From the NCBI GenBank assembly GCA_028876375.1, contig JAGWSB010000002.1, positions 1,754 through 65,753 of the forward strand: DNA of 64,000 nt. Reading direction: 5' to 3'. The notes below the pieces were generated by a model. It was given only the letters and a program-made list of their open reading frames with translations. It ran no database searches and was not told the origin of the DNA. Numbering within the stretch: position 1 is the first letter of the stretch; each line of letters opens with the position of its first letter. Below, in pieces: positions 56,656-64,000 of the stretch. This DNA comes from Chloroflexota bacterium. GTDB lineage: Bacteria; Chloroflexota; Limnocylindria; P2-11E. A program made the translations under genes and the position numbers.

Positions 56656-57504
56656 ATGAGGCTGCGGATGCCGTTCGCGCGGCGCAGGGAGCTGCCCTCG
56701 CACCTCTGGACACAGTGCCCGGACTGCGCGGAGATGCTCTTCAACAAGCAGCTCGTGCGGAACATGAACGTCTGCCCGAAGTGCGAGCACCACTTCAAGA
56801 TCGGCGCACGCGAGCGGATCGAGCTCCTGGCGGACAAGGGCACCTTCGAGGAGCGCGACGCCGACCTCACCTCGGGCGATCCGCTGTCGTTCGTCGACAG
56901 CAAGCCGTACCGCGAGCGCATCGAGGCCGCGCGTATCAAGAGCGGCGCGACGGACGCCGTCATCACCGGGACGGCCGCCGTCGGCGGCGTCCCCGTCGAG
57001 CTCGCGGTGATGGACTTCGACTTCATCGGCGGGTCGATGGGCAGCGTCGTCGGCGAGAAGATCACGCGCGCCGCCGAGCGCGCCCTGGCGCGGCGAGCGC
57101 CTCTCGTCGTCGTCAGCGCGTCGGGCGGCGCGCGCATGCAAGAGGGGACGCTCGCGCTCATGCAGATGGCGAAGATCCTCTCCGCGGTCTCGCGCCTCGG
57201 GGACGCGGGGATCCCGTACATCAGCGTGCTCACCGACCCGACGACCGGCGGCGTCCTCGCGTCGTTCGCGTCGCTCGGCGACGTCGTGCTCGCGGAGCCC
57301 AAGGCGTACATCGGCTTCTCGGGCGCGCGCGTCACCGACCAGACGATCGGCGAGCGCCTCCCGGCCGGGTTCCAGCGCGCCGAGTTCGTCCTCGAGCACG
57401 GCTTCATCGACCAGGTCGTGCCGCGCGCTCAGCTCAAGGAGCGCATCGCGTTCTTCCTCGCCGCGCTGCGGCCGAAGCCCGTCGACCTCGGCTGGGGGCT
57501 CTGA
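56656..57504 (+). CDS. accD: acetyl-CoA carboxylase carboxyltransferase beta subunit
   Basis: N-terminal zinc ribbon CPDC...CPKC and FIGGSMGSVVGEK. Confidence 0.95.
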   Translation: MRLRMPFARRRELPSHLWTQCPDCAEMLFNKQLVRNMNVCPKCEHHFKIGARERIELLADKGTFEERDADLTSGDPLSFVDSKPYRERIEAARIKSGATDAVITGTAAVGGVPVELAVMDFDFIGGSMGSVVGEKITRAAERALARRAPLVVVSASGGARMQEGTLALMQMAKILSAVSRLGDAGIPYISVLTDPTTGGVLASFASLGDVVLAEPKAYIGFSGARVTDQTIGERLPAGFQRAEFVLEHGFIDQVVPRAQLKERIAFFLAALRPKPVDLGWGL

Positions 57505-57512
57505 GCGTGTTC

Positions 57513-58493
57513 ATGCGCGATCCGCTCGCCGCCCTGCGCGAGATCGCGACGCTCGGCGGGCGCTCTCCGAGCGAGGGGAACGGGCACCTCGTCGCCGGCG
57601 ACGAGCTCATCACCGACACCGCGGCGCTCGGCAGCGCGCGCATCTCGGCGTGGGAGGCGGTGAAGCTCGCGCGCGAGCTTCACCGGCCGCACTCGATCGA
57701 GATCATCGAGCGCGTTTTCACCCGCTTCCAGGAGATGCACGGGGATCGCCTGTTCCGCGACGACCCCGCGATCGTCGGCGGCATCGCCGAGCTCGCGGGC
57801 CGCCCCGTCGTCGTCGTCGGCCAGCAGAAGGGCGCGTCGACCGAGGAGAACATCCAGCGCAACTTCGGGATGCCGCACCCCGAGGGCTACCGCAAGGCGA
57901 TACGCCTGTACCGCCTCGCCGAGCGCTTCCAGCTGCCGCTCGTCACGCTCATCGACACGCCCGGCGCGTTCCCCGGGCCCGAGGCGGAGGAGCGCGGCCA
58001 GGCCGAGGCGATCGCCAAGAGCATCGAGGTGATGACGGGGCTGCGGACGCCGATCGTCGCGGTCGTGCTCGGCGAGGGCGGGTCGGGCGGCGCGCTCGCG
58101 CTCGGCGTCGCCGACGTCGTCCTCAGCCTGCAGAACGCGATCTACTCGGTGATCTCGCCGGAGGGCGCGGCGGCGATCCTGTGGCGTACGGCGGGCGAGG
58201 CCGAGCGCGCGGCGCGGTCGCTGCGCCTGGCCGGCCCCGACCTCCTCGAGCTCCGCATCGTCGACGGCCTCATCCCCGAGCCGCCCGCCGGCGCGCACAC
58301 CGACCACGACCGCACCGCCGCGAACATCAAGGCCGCCATCGCGCCCCAGCTCGAGCGGCTGGCGCGAAAGGCGACCGCCGAGCTCCTCGCGGAGCGGTAC
58401 GAGCGCTTCCGCCGCATCGGCGTCGTCGTCGAGCCGGCCGGCGAGCCGGTCGCGCCCAGGCGGCCGTGGTGGAAGAAGGTGCTCGGCAGGTGA
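57513..58493 (+). CDS. accA: acetyl-CoA carboxylase carboxyltransferase alpha subunit
   Basis: GDRLFRDDPAIVGG, LIDTPGAFPG and GEGGSGGALA. An in-frame GTG at 57507 is an alternative start. Confidence 0.93.
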   Translation: MRDPLAALREIATLGGRSPSEGNGHLVAGDELITDTAALGSARISAWEAVKLARELHRPHSIEIIERVFTRFQEMHGDRLFRDDPAIVGGIAELAGRPVVVVGQQKGASTEENIQRNFGMPHPEGYRKAIRLYRLAERFQLPLVTLIDTPGAFPGPEAEERGQAEAIAKSIEVMTGLRTPIVAVVLGEGGSGGALALGVADVVLSLQNAIYSVISPEGAAAILWRTAGEAERAARSLRLAGPDLLELRIVDGLIPEPPAGAHTDHDRTAANIKAAIAPQLERLARKATAELLAERYERFRRIGVVVEPAGEPVAPRRPWWKKVLGR

Positions 58494-58903
58494 GCGAGCG
58501 CGACGAGGTCCTCGCGCTGGTGGACGAGCTGGCGAAGCTCCTCGCCGGCTCGGTCGCGACGACGATCGAGGTCGAGACGGACCGCATGAGCGTGACCGTC
58601 CGGCGCCGCGACGGCGTCGTCGCCGCCGTCGGGGAGAGGACGCCCTCCGCCGAGCGCGATGCCGTGGCCAAGGTCGAGAAGGTCCAGCGCGTGCACGCGA
58701 CGACGGTCGGGATCTTCTCGGCCACGAAGGAGTGGCGGTCCGGCGACGCCGTGACGCGCGGGGCCGTCCTCGGCGCGATCCAATCCCTCGGGCACATGGC
58801 CGACATCACCGCGCCCGCGGACGGCACCATCGCCGAGGTCCTGGTGGCCATCGGCGCCCCTGTGGAGTACGGACAGCCGCTGTTCGCCATCGCGCTCGCC
58901 TGA
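58490..58903 (+). CDS. BCCP-like biotinyl/lipoyl-domain protein lacking the biotinyl-lysine
   Basis: GTGA overlap with accA. The C-terminal 70 aa align with the BCCP hammerhead (VGIF...GAVLGAIQSLGHMADITAPADGTIAEVLV..GAPVEYGQPLFAI). The (E/V)AMKM position reads QSLGHM, so there is no Lys. Confidence 0.8.
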   Translation: MSERDEVLALVDELAKLLAGSVATTIEVETDRMSVTVRRRDGVVAAVGERTPSAERDAVAKVEKVQRVHATTVGIFSATKEWRSGDAVTRGAVLGAIQSLGHMADITAPADGTIAEVLVAIGAPVEYGQPLFAIALA

Positions 58904-58966
58904 CGCGACGCCGCCGACCCCCCTCCAGGAGCGCTCGTCCGTTCTCCGGGCCGCCATTGTGCCCAA

Positions 58967-59001
58967 CGATCGGTCAGATGGTAATAACATCGGACCGATC
59001 G
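58967..59001. promoter_or_regulatory. 35-bp near-perfect palindrome with an AT-rich centre upstream of the ABC transporter operon
   Basis: CGATCGGTC-A-GATG-GTAATAA-CATC-G-GACCGATCG, i.e. 13 paired positions with one mismatch. It is followed at 59001-59039 by nested repeats GGCGAT...CGGGC-GGAC-GCCCG...ATCGCC. Operator or RNA leader; class unknown. Confidence 0.35.
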
Positions 59002-59057
59002 GCGATCGGGCGGACGCCCGGCACCCGAGGGGGATCGCCGGAATAGGGGGGATTGCG

Positions 59058-60161
59058 ATGAAGCTCGGTGTCCTTGCGACCCTTGCGGGACTCGTCATCG
59101 CGACGGCGTGCGGGGGATCGCCGGCGGCTGCGCCGTCCGCAACGAGCGGTGCGGCCGCGGCCACCGCGAGCGCGGCGGCGTCGCCGGCCGGATATTCCGC
59201 GACGACCCTGCGCTTCAAGTCGGACGGCACGCCCGACCTCACCGGTCTCACGGTCCACCTCGGCAACGCCGCGGGCGACGCGACCATCGGCGACACGGTC
59301 GTGTACGCCACCGTGCAGGAGCTGAAGAAGTGGGGCGCCAACGCCGACCTTCAGCTCGGCAGCAGCAACACGACGCAGCTCGCGGTGGTGAGCGGCCAGC
59401 TCCAGGCGACCGCCGGCCCGCTGCCGACGGATCTCGACGCCGGCCTGGACATCTTCGGGAACAACCAGGTGCACGTCGACTACCTCATGGTGTCGAGCAA
59501 GCTGAGCACCCTTTCCCAGCTCAAGGGCGCGACGATCGCGATCGCGACGACGGTCTCGCCGGACAACTACCTCCTCGACGGCGCGCTCGCGAAGGCGGGC
59601 CTCAAGCGGAGCGACGTCAAGATCCAGCTCACCGGCTCGAACGGCAACTCGGTCAACCAGATGGTCCAGCACCAGGTCGACGTCGCCTTCGTGCACGCCG
59701 ACGCGCTCGCCAAGCTGCAGAAGAGCGGCACGACCAACGTGCTCGCGAACGGGGCGACGCTGGAGCCGTGGGACGCGGACAGCTACATGACGGCCACGAG
59801 CGCGTGGCTGAAGGCGAACCCGGCGACGGCCGAGGCGATCGACCTCGCGTGGCTGCACGCCGCGTGGGAGTTCGACAACGACAAGGCCCAGTGGGTCAAG
59901 GACGCCGTCGCCTACACGAAGAGCGCGATCACCAGCGCCGAGGCCTCCAGCGGCTATGACGCTCTCGCCAAGGCGCAGCCTTGGCCGGCGGACGGCACCG
60001 GGATGGAGACCGCGAGCCTGCAGAAGAACTTCGACGCCGCGAAGGCGTCCGGCCAGATCAAGGGCCAGGGCGACCGGCCCATCGATCAGTGGGCGGTGAT
60101 GGATCCCTGGGTGAACGCGGTCGCCTACTTCAAGACACACGCCTCCGCGATCGAGAAGTAG
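59058..60161 (+). CDS. ABC transporter substrate-binding lipoprotein (NitT/TauT, NMT1/SsuA-like)
   Basis: Lipobox LVIATAC. Periplasmic-binding-protein composition. Operon context with NitT/TauT-type permeases and ATPase. Confidence 0.8.
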   Translation: MKLGVLATLAGLVIATACGGSPAAAPSATSGAAAATASAAASPAGYSATTLRFKSDGTPDLTGLTVHLGNAAGDATIGDTVVYATVQELKKWGANADLQLGSSNTTQLAVVSGQLQATAGPLPTDLDAGLDIFGNNQVHVDYLMVSSKLSTLSQLKGATIAIATTVSPDNYLLDGALAKAGLKRSDVKIQLTGSNGNSVNQMVQHQVDVAFVHADALAKLQKSGTTNVLANGATLEPWDADSYMTATSAWLKANPATAEAIDLAWLHAAWEFDNDKAQWVKDAVAYTKSAITSAEASSGYDALAKAQPWPADGTGMETASLQKNFDAAKASGQIKGQGDRPIDQWAVMDPWVNAVAYFKTHASAIEK

Positions 60162-60163
60162 CC

Positions 60164-60994
60164 ATGCGCCAGGCGCGCGCGGTCGAGCTGCCCATCGCCG
60201 CGGTCCGTCCGCGACGCAGCTCCCGCGCGCCGTCCTGGCGGGGCGAGCTTCTGCGCGTCGCCGCCATCGCCGTCGTGCTCGGCCTGTGGCAGCTCTCCGG
60301 CACGTTCATGAACCCCATCTTCATCGCGACGCCGTCCACCGTGCTGACGGCGTTCGTCAAGATCGTCGCCGACGGCACGCTTCCCGCCGCGTTCCTCTCG
60401 AGCCTGTGGGAGATGGCCGCGGGCCTGGGGATCGCCATCGCGCTGGGCTTCGGCCTGGGCGTGGCGATGGGGCGCGTCCGCCTCGTCGAGAAGACCTTCG
60501 ACCCCTTCGTGAACTTCTTCAACGCGACGCCGACCATCGCCCTCCTGCCGCTCATGGAGATCTGGTTCGGCACGGACTACCGGTCCCGCATCGCGTTCAT
60601 CTCGATCATCTGTCTCTGGACGCTGGTGATCAACACCCTCGCCGGCATCCGCAACGTGTCGCGCGGCTACGCCGACGTCGGCCGGGCCTTCGGGCTGCGC
60701 GGGCTGGCGCTCACGTGGAAGGTGTTCCTGCCGGCCGCCGCGCCGTACATGATCGCCGGCCTCCGCGTCGCCCTCGCCCAGGCGGCGGTGGGGATGATCC
60801 TCGGCGGGCAGGAGGTCGGCGAGAGCGGCCTCGGCGGCCTCACCGAGGACTTCGGGTCCTTCTTCCAGACCGACTACCTGATCGCCGCGATCATCACCAG
60901 CACGGGGCTCGCGATGATGCTGTTCGGGCTCCTCAAGGCATTCCAGTTCCGCTTCTTCCCGTGGATCGCGGCGTCGGCCGCCCCTCGTCGCTGA
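60164..60994 (+). CDS. ABC transporter permease (NitT/TauT family), copy 1
   Basis: WQLSG...PSTV, FFNATPTIALLPL and the EAA-like loop DVGRAFGL. Confidence 0.88.
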   Translation: MRQARAVELPIAAVRPRRSSRAPSWRGELLRVAAIAVVLGLWQLSGTFMNPIFIATPSTVLTAFVKIVADGTLPAAFLSSLWEMAAGLGIAIALGFGLGVAMGRVRLVEKTFDPFVNFFNATPTIALLPLMEIWFGTDYRSRIAFISIICLWTLVINTLAGIRNVSRGYADVGRAFGLRGLALTWKVFLPAAAPYMIAGLRVALAQAAVGMILGGQEVGESGLGGLTEDFGSFFQTDYLIAAIITSTGLAMMLFGLLKAFQFRFFPWIAASAAPRR

Positions 60995-60995
60995 C

Positions 60996-61778
60996 ATGAA
61001 AGGAGACCCCGTGCTGGACATCGAGCGCGTCGGCCACGTCTACGAGACGCCGCAGCGCCGGGTGGAGGCGCTCCGCGACGTCAGCCTCTCCGTCCGCGAG
61101 GGAGAGTTCATGAGCTTCGTCGGCCCCAGTGGCTGCGGCAAGACGACGCTGCTGCGGATCCTCGACGGCCTGGCCGAGCCGAGCGGCGGGCGGATCGTCT
61201 TCAACGGCCACGAGCTGCGCGGGGTCAGCCGCGACATCGGCTTCGTCTTCCAGGACATCAACCTCCTGCCGTGGCGCAGCGTCCGCGAGAACGTCGAGAT
61301 CGGCCTCGAGGCCCGCGGGATGCCGGCGGGGCAGCGCCGCGAGACCGCGCTGGAGGCCCTGCGCATGGTGGGCCTCGAGGACGTCGCCAACGTGCCCCCC
61401 TACACGCTCTCGGGCGGCATGCAGCAGCGCGTCGGCGTAGCGCGCGCGCTCGCGCTGCACCCCAAGGTCCTCCTCATGGACGAGCCCTTCGGGCATCTCG
61501 ACAACTTCACCCGCGAGACGCTCCAGATCGAGATCTCCAAGCTGTGGTCGAAGCTCGGGACGACGATCGTCTTCGTCACGCACGACGTCGACGAGGCCAT
61601 CTTCCTGAGCGACCGCATCGCGCTGTTCCAGGGACAGCCCGGACGGGTGACGCGCATCCTGGAGGTCGACCTTCCGCACCCACGCTGGGAGTTCAACGTG
61701 CGCGGCGACGCGCGCGCGATCGAGATGCGCGAATCGATCATCGAGCACCTCGGCGTCCGCCAAGAGGTCCTCGTGTGA
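60996..61778 (+). CDS. ABC transporter ATP-binding protein (NitT/TauT family)
   Basis: Walker A GPSGCGKTT, signature LSGGMQQR, Walker B LLMDEPF. Confidence 0.93.
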   Translation: MKGDPVLDIERVGHVYETPQRRVEALRDVSLSVREGEFMSFVGPSGCGKTTLLRILDGLAEPSGGRIVFNGHELRGVSRDIGFVFQDINLLPWRSVRENVEIGLEARGMPAGQRRETALEALRMVGLEDVANVPPYTLSGGMQQRVGVARALALHPKVLLMDEPFGHLDNFTRETLQIEISKLWSKLGTTIVFVTHDVDEAIFLSDRIALFQGQPGRVTRILEVDLPHPRWEFNVRGDARAIEMRESIIEHLGVRQEVLV

Positions 61779-62575
61779 GCGTCGCCGCCGTGCGGGGCCG
61801 CCGGCCCTCGACGCAGATGCTCGAGCCGCTCCTTCCCGCCGCGGCGGTGGCCGTCGTTCTCGGCGTCTGGCAGTGGTCGGGGAGCTTCCTCAGCCCCATC
61901 CTCATCTCGACCCCGACGCGGATCGCGCAGGACCTGGTCGAGCTCTTCGCGCGCGGCGTCATCTTCTCGCCGCTCGCGGAGTCGCTCGAGGAGCTCGTGA
62001 TCGGGGGCTCGGTGGGCATCCTCGCCGGCATCGCGCTCGGCGTCCTCATGGGCCGCTACGAGGTGGTCGACAAGGTGCTCAGCCCCTTCGTCAACTTCCT
62101 CAACGCGACGCCCCTCGTCGTCATCATCCCGCTCGTCATCATCTGGGTGGGCATCAGCCAGAACGCGCGTCTGCTCTTCATCTTCCTCATCACCTTGTGG
62201 CCGGTGCTGCTGAACACGCTCGCCGGCATGCGCAACGTGAACCGCGGCTACGTGGACGTGGGCGCCGCGTTCGGTCTGTCGGAGACGCAGATGCTGCGGA
62301 AGATCACGCTGCCGGCCGCCGTGCCGTTCATCCTCGCCGGCATCCGCATCTCGGCCGGTCTCGCCATCATCGGGATGATCGTGAGCGAGATGGAGGTGAG
62401 CCTCACCGGTCTCGGCTACCTGCTCGTCACCTACGGGAACTCGTTCTTCACCGGCCGGCTGCTGGCCGTCGTCTTCCTCTCGTCGATGTTCGGCGTCGCC
62501 AACGTGCTGCTCGTGAAGTGGATCCAGGCGTCGTTCTTCCCCTGGATCGCGGGGGCCGCGGCCGACCAGCGCTGA
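61775..62575 (+). CDS. ABC transporter permease (NitT/TauT family), copy 2
   Basis: GTGA overlap with the ATPase. Paralogous to 60164..60994 (FLNATPLVVIIPL; C-terminus FFPWIAGAAA versus FFPWIAASAA). Confidence 0.88.
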   Translation: MSVAAVRGRRPSTQMLEPLLPAAAVAVVLGVWQWSGSFLSPILISTPTRIAQDLVELFARGVIFSPLAESLEELVIGGSVGILAGIALGVLMGRYEVVDKVLSPFVNFLNATPLVVIIPLVIIWVGISQNARLLFIFLITLWPVLLNTLAGMRNVNRGYVDVGAAFGLSETQMLRKITLPAAVPFILAGIRISAGLAIIGMIVSEMEVSLTGLGYLLVTYGNSFFTGRLLAVVFLSSMFGVANVLLVKWIQASFFPWIAGAAADQR

Positions 62576-62640
62576 CCTTCCGCGTCGCTCGTCTGCTCTG
62601 AGGGAGATCGAGGATCGCATGACATGAGGGGCCACGGCGC

Positions 62641-62823
62641 GTGAGGCGGCGGGCGGTCTACGCCATATGGGTCGCGCTGGGGATCGTCGCGGTGGTCCTC
62701 TTCAGGGCGTTCGACGCCTCGTCGCATTCCGCGAGCGACACCATCCGTCCGTTCCTCATCACGGTCGTGCCGCTCGTGATCGTCGCCTTGCTCGCGACCC
62801 GTTCCCTGTCACGTCGTGCATGA
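62641..62823 (+). CDS. small two-TM protein (60 aa), hypothetical
   Basis: GTG start, two hydrophobic helices, mostly G/C at third positions. Weak evidence. Confidence 0.4.
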   Translation: MRRRAVYAIWVALGIVAVVLFRAFDASSHSASDTIRPFLITVVPLVIVALLATRSLSRRA

Positions 62824-62872
62824 AGCTCCACGGACCGCCACGTGTCGACCGCGCGTCGTACCGGGGAGCGGG

Positions 62873-63202
62873 TCAGACCTTCGCGGGCGAGTAGTCGGTC
62901 CGCGCCAGGGTCCGATCCGCGATCGTGCCGACGAGCTCGCCGTGCGCGGCGGCCGTCTCGCGCTTGATGCGCACCCACTCTTCGTCGGACAGGAACGCGG
63001 CCCACGCCCGCTCCTTCGTCTCGGTGTCCGGCCACACGAGGAGATAGACGAAGAAGGGACCCTTCTCGTCGCGCGTCTCCCACATGTCGACGATGTGGAA
63101 GCCGTGCCGGCGCATGATCCGCACCGCGTGGTCACGGAAGCGCGCGTGGAACGCATCCTTGTTGTGGTCGAAGATCTCGTACATCCGCAGCTGATGGATC
63201 AT
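62873..63202 (-). CDS. NIPSNAP-family protein
   Basis: 109 aa. MIHQLRMYEI...F...HGF..VDMWE and the general dimeric alpha-beta-barrel NIPSNAP pattern. Confidence 0.8.
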   Translation of the reverse strand: MIHQLRMYEIFDHNKDAFHARFRDHAVRIMRRHGFHIVDMWETRDEKGPFFVYLLVWPDTETKERAWAAFLSDEEWVRIKRETAAAHGELVGTIADRTLARTDYSPAKV

Positions 63203-63272
63203 CTCGCGCCGCCCACCATCCCCTCAGCGACATGCCGGATCACCCTAGCGCGACCCGCGTAAGATCCCGCCG

Positions 63273-63557
63273 ATGGCCAGCACCACGCCGCCGGATCGGC
63301 CGCCACCGCCGCCCCCGCCTCCGTCCGGGGCCTCGCGCGAGGAGTGGCGGGAGTGGCGCCGCACGACGCGACGCTACTACCGCCGCGGCTGGGGCTGGGC
63401 TCCCTTCTGGGGGATCGTCCTGATCGTCGTCGGCGGCTACTACCTGCTCAAGGACCTCGGATACCTCTACTGGGTCCAAGCCGACGTCCTGTGGCCGATC
63501 CTGCTCATCGCTCTCGGCGTCTGGATCCTCGTCCAAAGGATGTCGTCGGGAGACTGA
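63273..63557 (+). CDS. small membrane protein with Pro-rich N-terminus and LiaI-LiaF-like/DUF5668-type TM pair
   Basis: PPPPPPPP tract, then WGIVLIVVGGYYLLKDLG...LWPILLIALGVWIL. The family name is from memory of this motif. Confidence 0.65.
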   Translation: MASTTPPDRPPPPPPPPSGASREEWREWRRTTRRYYRRGWGWAPFWGIVLIVVGGYYLLKDLGYLYWVQADVLWPILLIALGVWILVQRMSSGD

Positions 63558-63647
63558 TCGAGGGAGCATCACGCTCATCCATCCCTGATCCGCTGATAGA
63601 GTCCGCGCCGCCATGTTCGATCCATCCATCGTCGCGACGCCGCCGGA

Positions 63648-64000
63648 GTGACGTCGAGCGTCGCGTGGCTGTTCCCGGGGCAGGGGTCGCAGCAGGTCGG
63701 GATGGGCAGGGCGCTGGCGGAGCGATACCCGAGCGCGGCACGCGCATTCGAGGACGCCAGCGAAGCTCTCGGCTTCGACCTGCGGTCGCTGTGCTGGAAC
63801 GGGCCGCAGGCGGAGCTGGACCTGACCGCGAACGCGCAGCCCGCGATCCTCACGGCGTCGATCGCCGCGCTGCGCGCCGTCCGCGAAGCCCTCGGGCACG
63901 AGCTGCCGGCGCCGCTCGCGGTGGCCGGCCACTCGCTCGGCGAGTACTCGGCGATCGTCGCGGCCGGCGCGCTGCCGCTCGCTGAGGCCGCGCGGCTCGT
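63648..64000 (+). CDS. fabD: malonyl CoA-ACP transacylase, N-terminal part (runs off the right edge)
   Basis: My own reading from GTG 63648: MTSSVAWLFPGQGSQQVGMG...NAQPAILTASIA...AGHSLGEYSA. It shows the FPGQGSQ motif and the GHSLGE nucleophile elbow. Not in the ORF track because it is open-ended. Confidence 0.88.
   Translation, partial: MTSSVAWLFPGQGSQQVGMGRALAERYPSAARAFEDASEALGFDLRSLCWNGPQAELDLTANAQPAILTASIAALRAVREALGHELPAPLAVAGHSLGEYSAIVAAGALPLAEAARL

Noticed and set aside
58904-59057. TPP or guanidine-I (ykkC) riboswitch upstream of the NMT1/NitT-type transporter
   Set aside because: There is no CUGAGA/ACCUGA TPP core and no CUAGGGUUCCG/GGUCCGAGAG ykkC elements. I kept it only as an unclassified structured leader.
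1-64000. Scan for CRISPR arrays, tRNA/rRNA genes, toxin-antitoxin pairs, restriction-modification or other defence modules
   Set aside because: I saw no direct-repeat/spacer arrays, no tRNA-like T-loop/acceptor patterns in the short intergenic gaps, and no defence-type domains in any credible ORF. Every gap over 100 bp was read and is described above.

Overview
Very GC-rich, gene-dense bacterial chromosome segment. Third codon positions are almost always G/C, so every real gene casts long Arg/Ala/Gly-rich shadow ORFs in other frames. I called about 60 real CDS by family motifs, GC3 and start context; nearly all are core metabolism. No rRNA, tRNA, CRISPR, prophage or recognisable defence island was seen. 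Layout, minus-strand block at the left: a GT-C-like membrane protein, alaS, two unknown genes, ruvX, mltG, aroE, aroC, a fused aroK-aroB, and the start of aroQ. Next comes one intact IS481-family element. A nitrogen cluster follows: amtB divergent from a type II glutamine synthetase, plus an arginase-fold gene. Then two tandem paralogous membrane-anchored PD40/TolB-like propeller proteins, hom and an aminotransferase. The plus-strand run is pth-mfd-nucleotidase-phosphatase, apt, a HAMP-GGDEF-EAL protein, GNAT-ahcY-metK, and a Dpp-type ABC importer without ATPases. A minus-strand chain MBL-FAD oxidoreductase-nnrE-proC follows. Then a GDP-sugar cluster, a SWIM protein with a FecCD/ATPase pair, a secreted polysaccharide deacetylase, and thrC-thrB-birA-degV-accD-accA plus a BCCP-like gene. 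The window ends with a NitT/TauT-type ABC transporter, small membrane proteins, NIPSNAP and the start of fabD. I found no clear-cut new multi-gene system. The best candidates for follow-up are: (1) an actin-fold plus bitopic-membrane gene pair wedged between alaS and ruvX; (2) a BCCP-like protein lacking the biotinyl-lysine, coupled to accD-accA; (3) the tandem roughly 715-aa propeller paralogs; (4) an about 85-bp repeat present twice, once forming the 3' end of a gene; (5) an IS481 insertion that splits a tightly coupled small-ORF/GT-C gene pair at a CTAG site.
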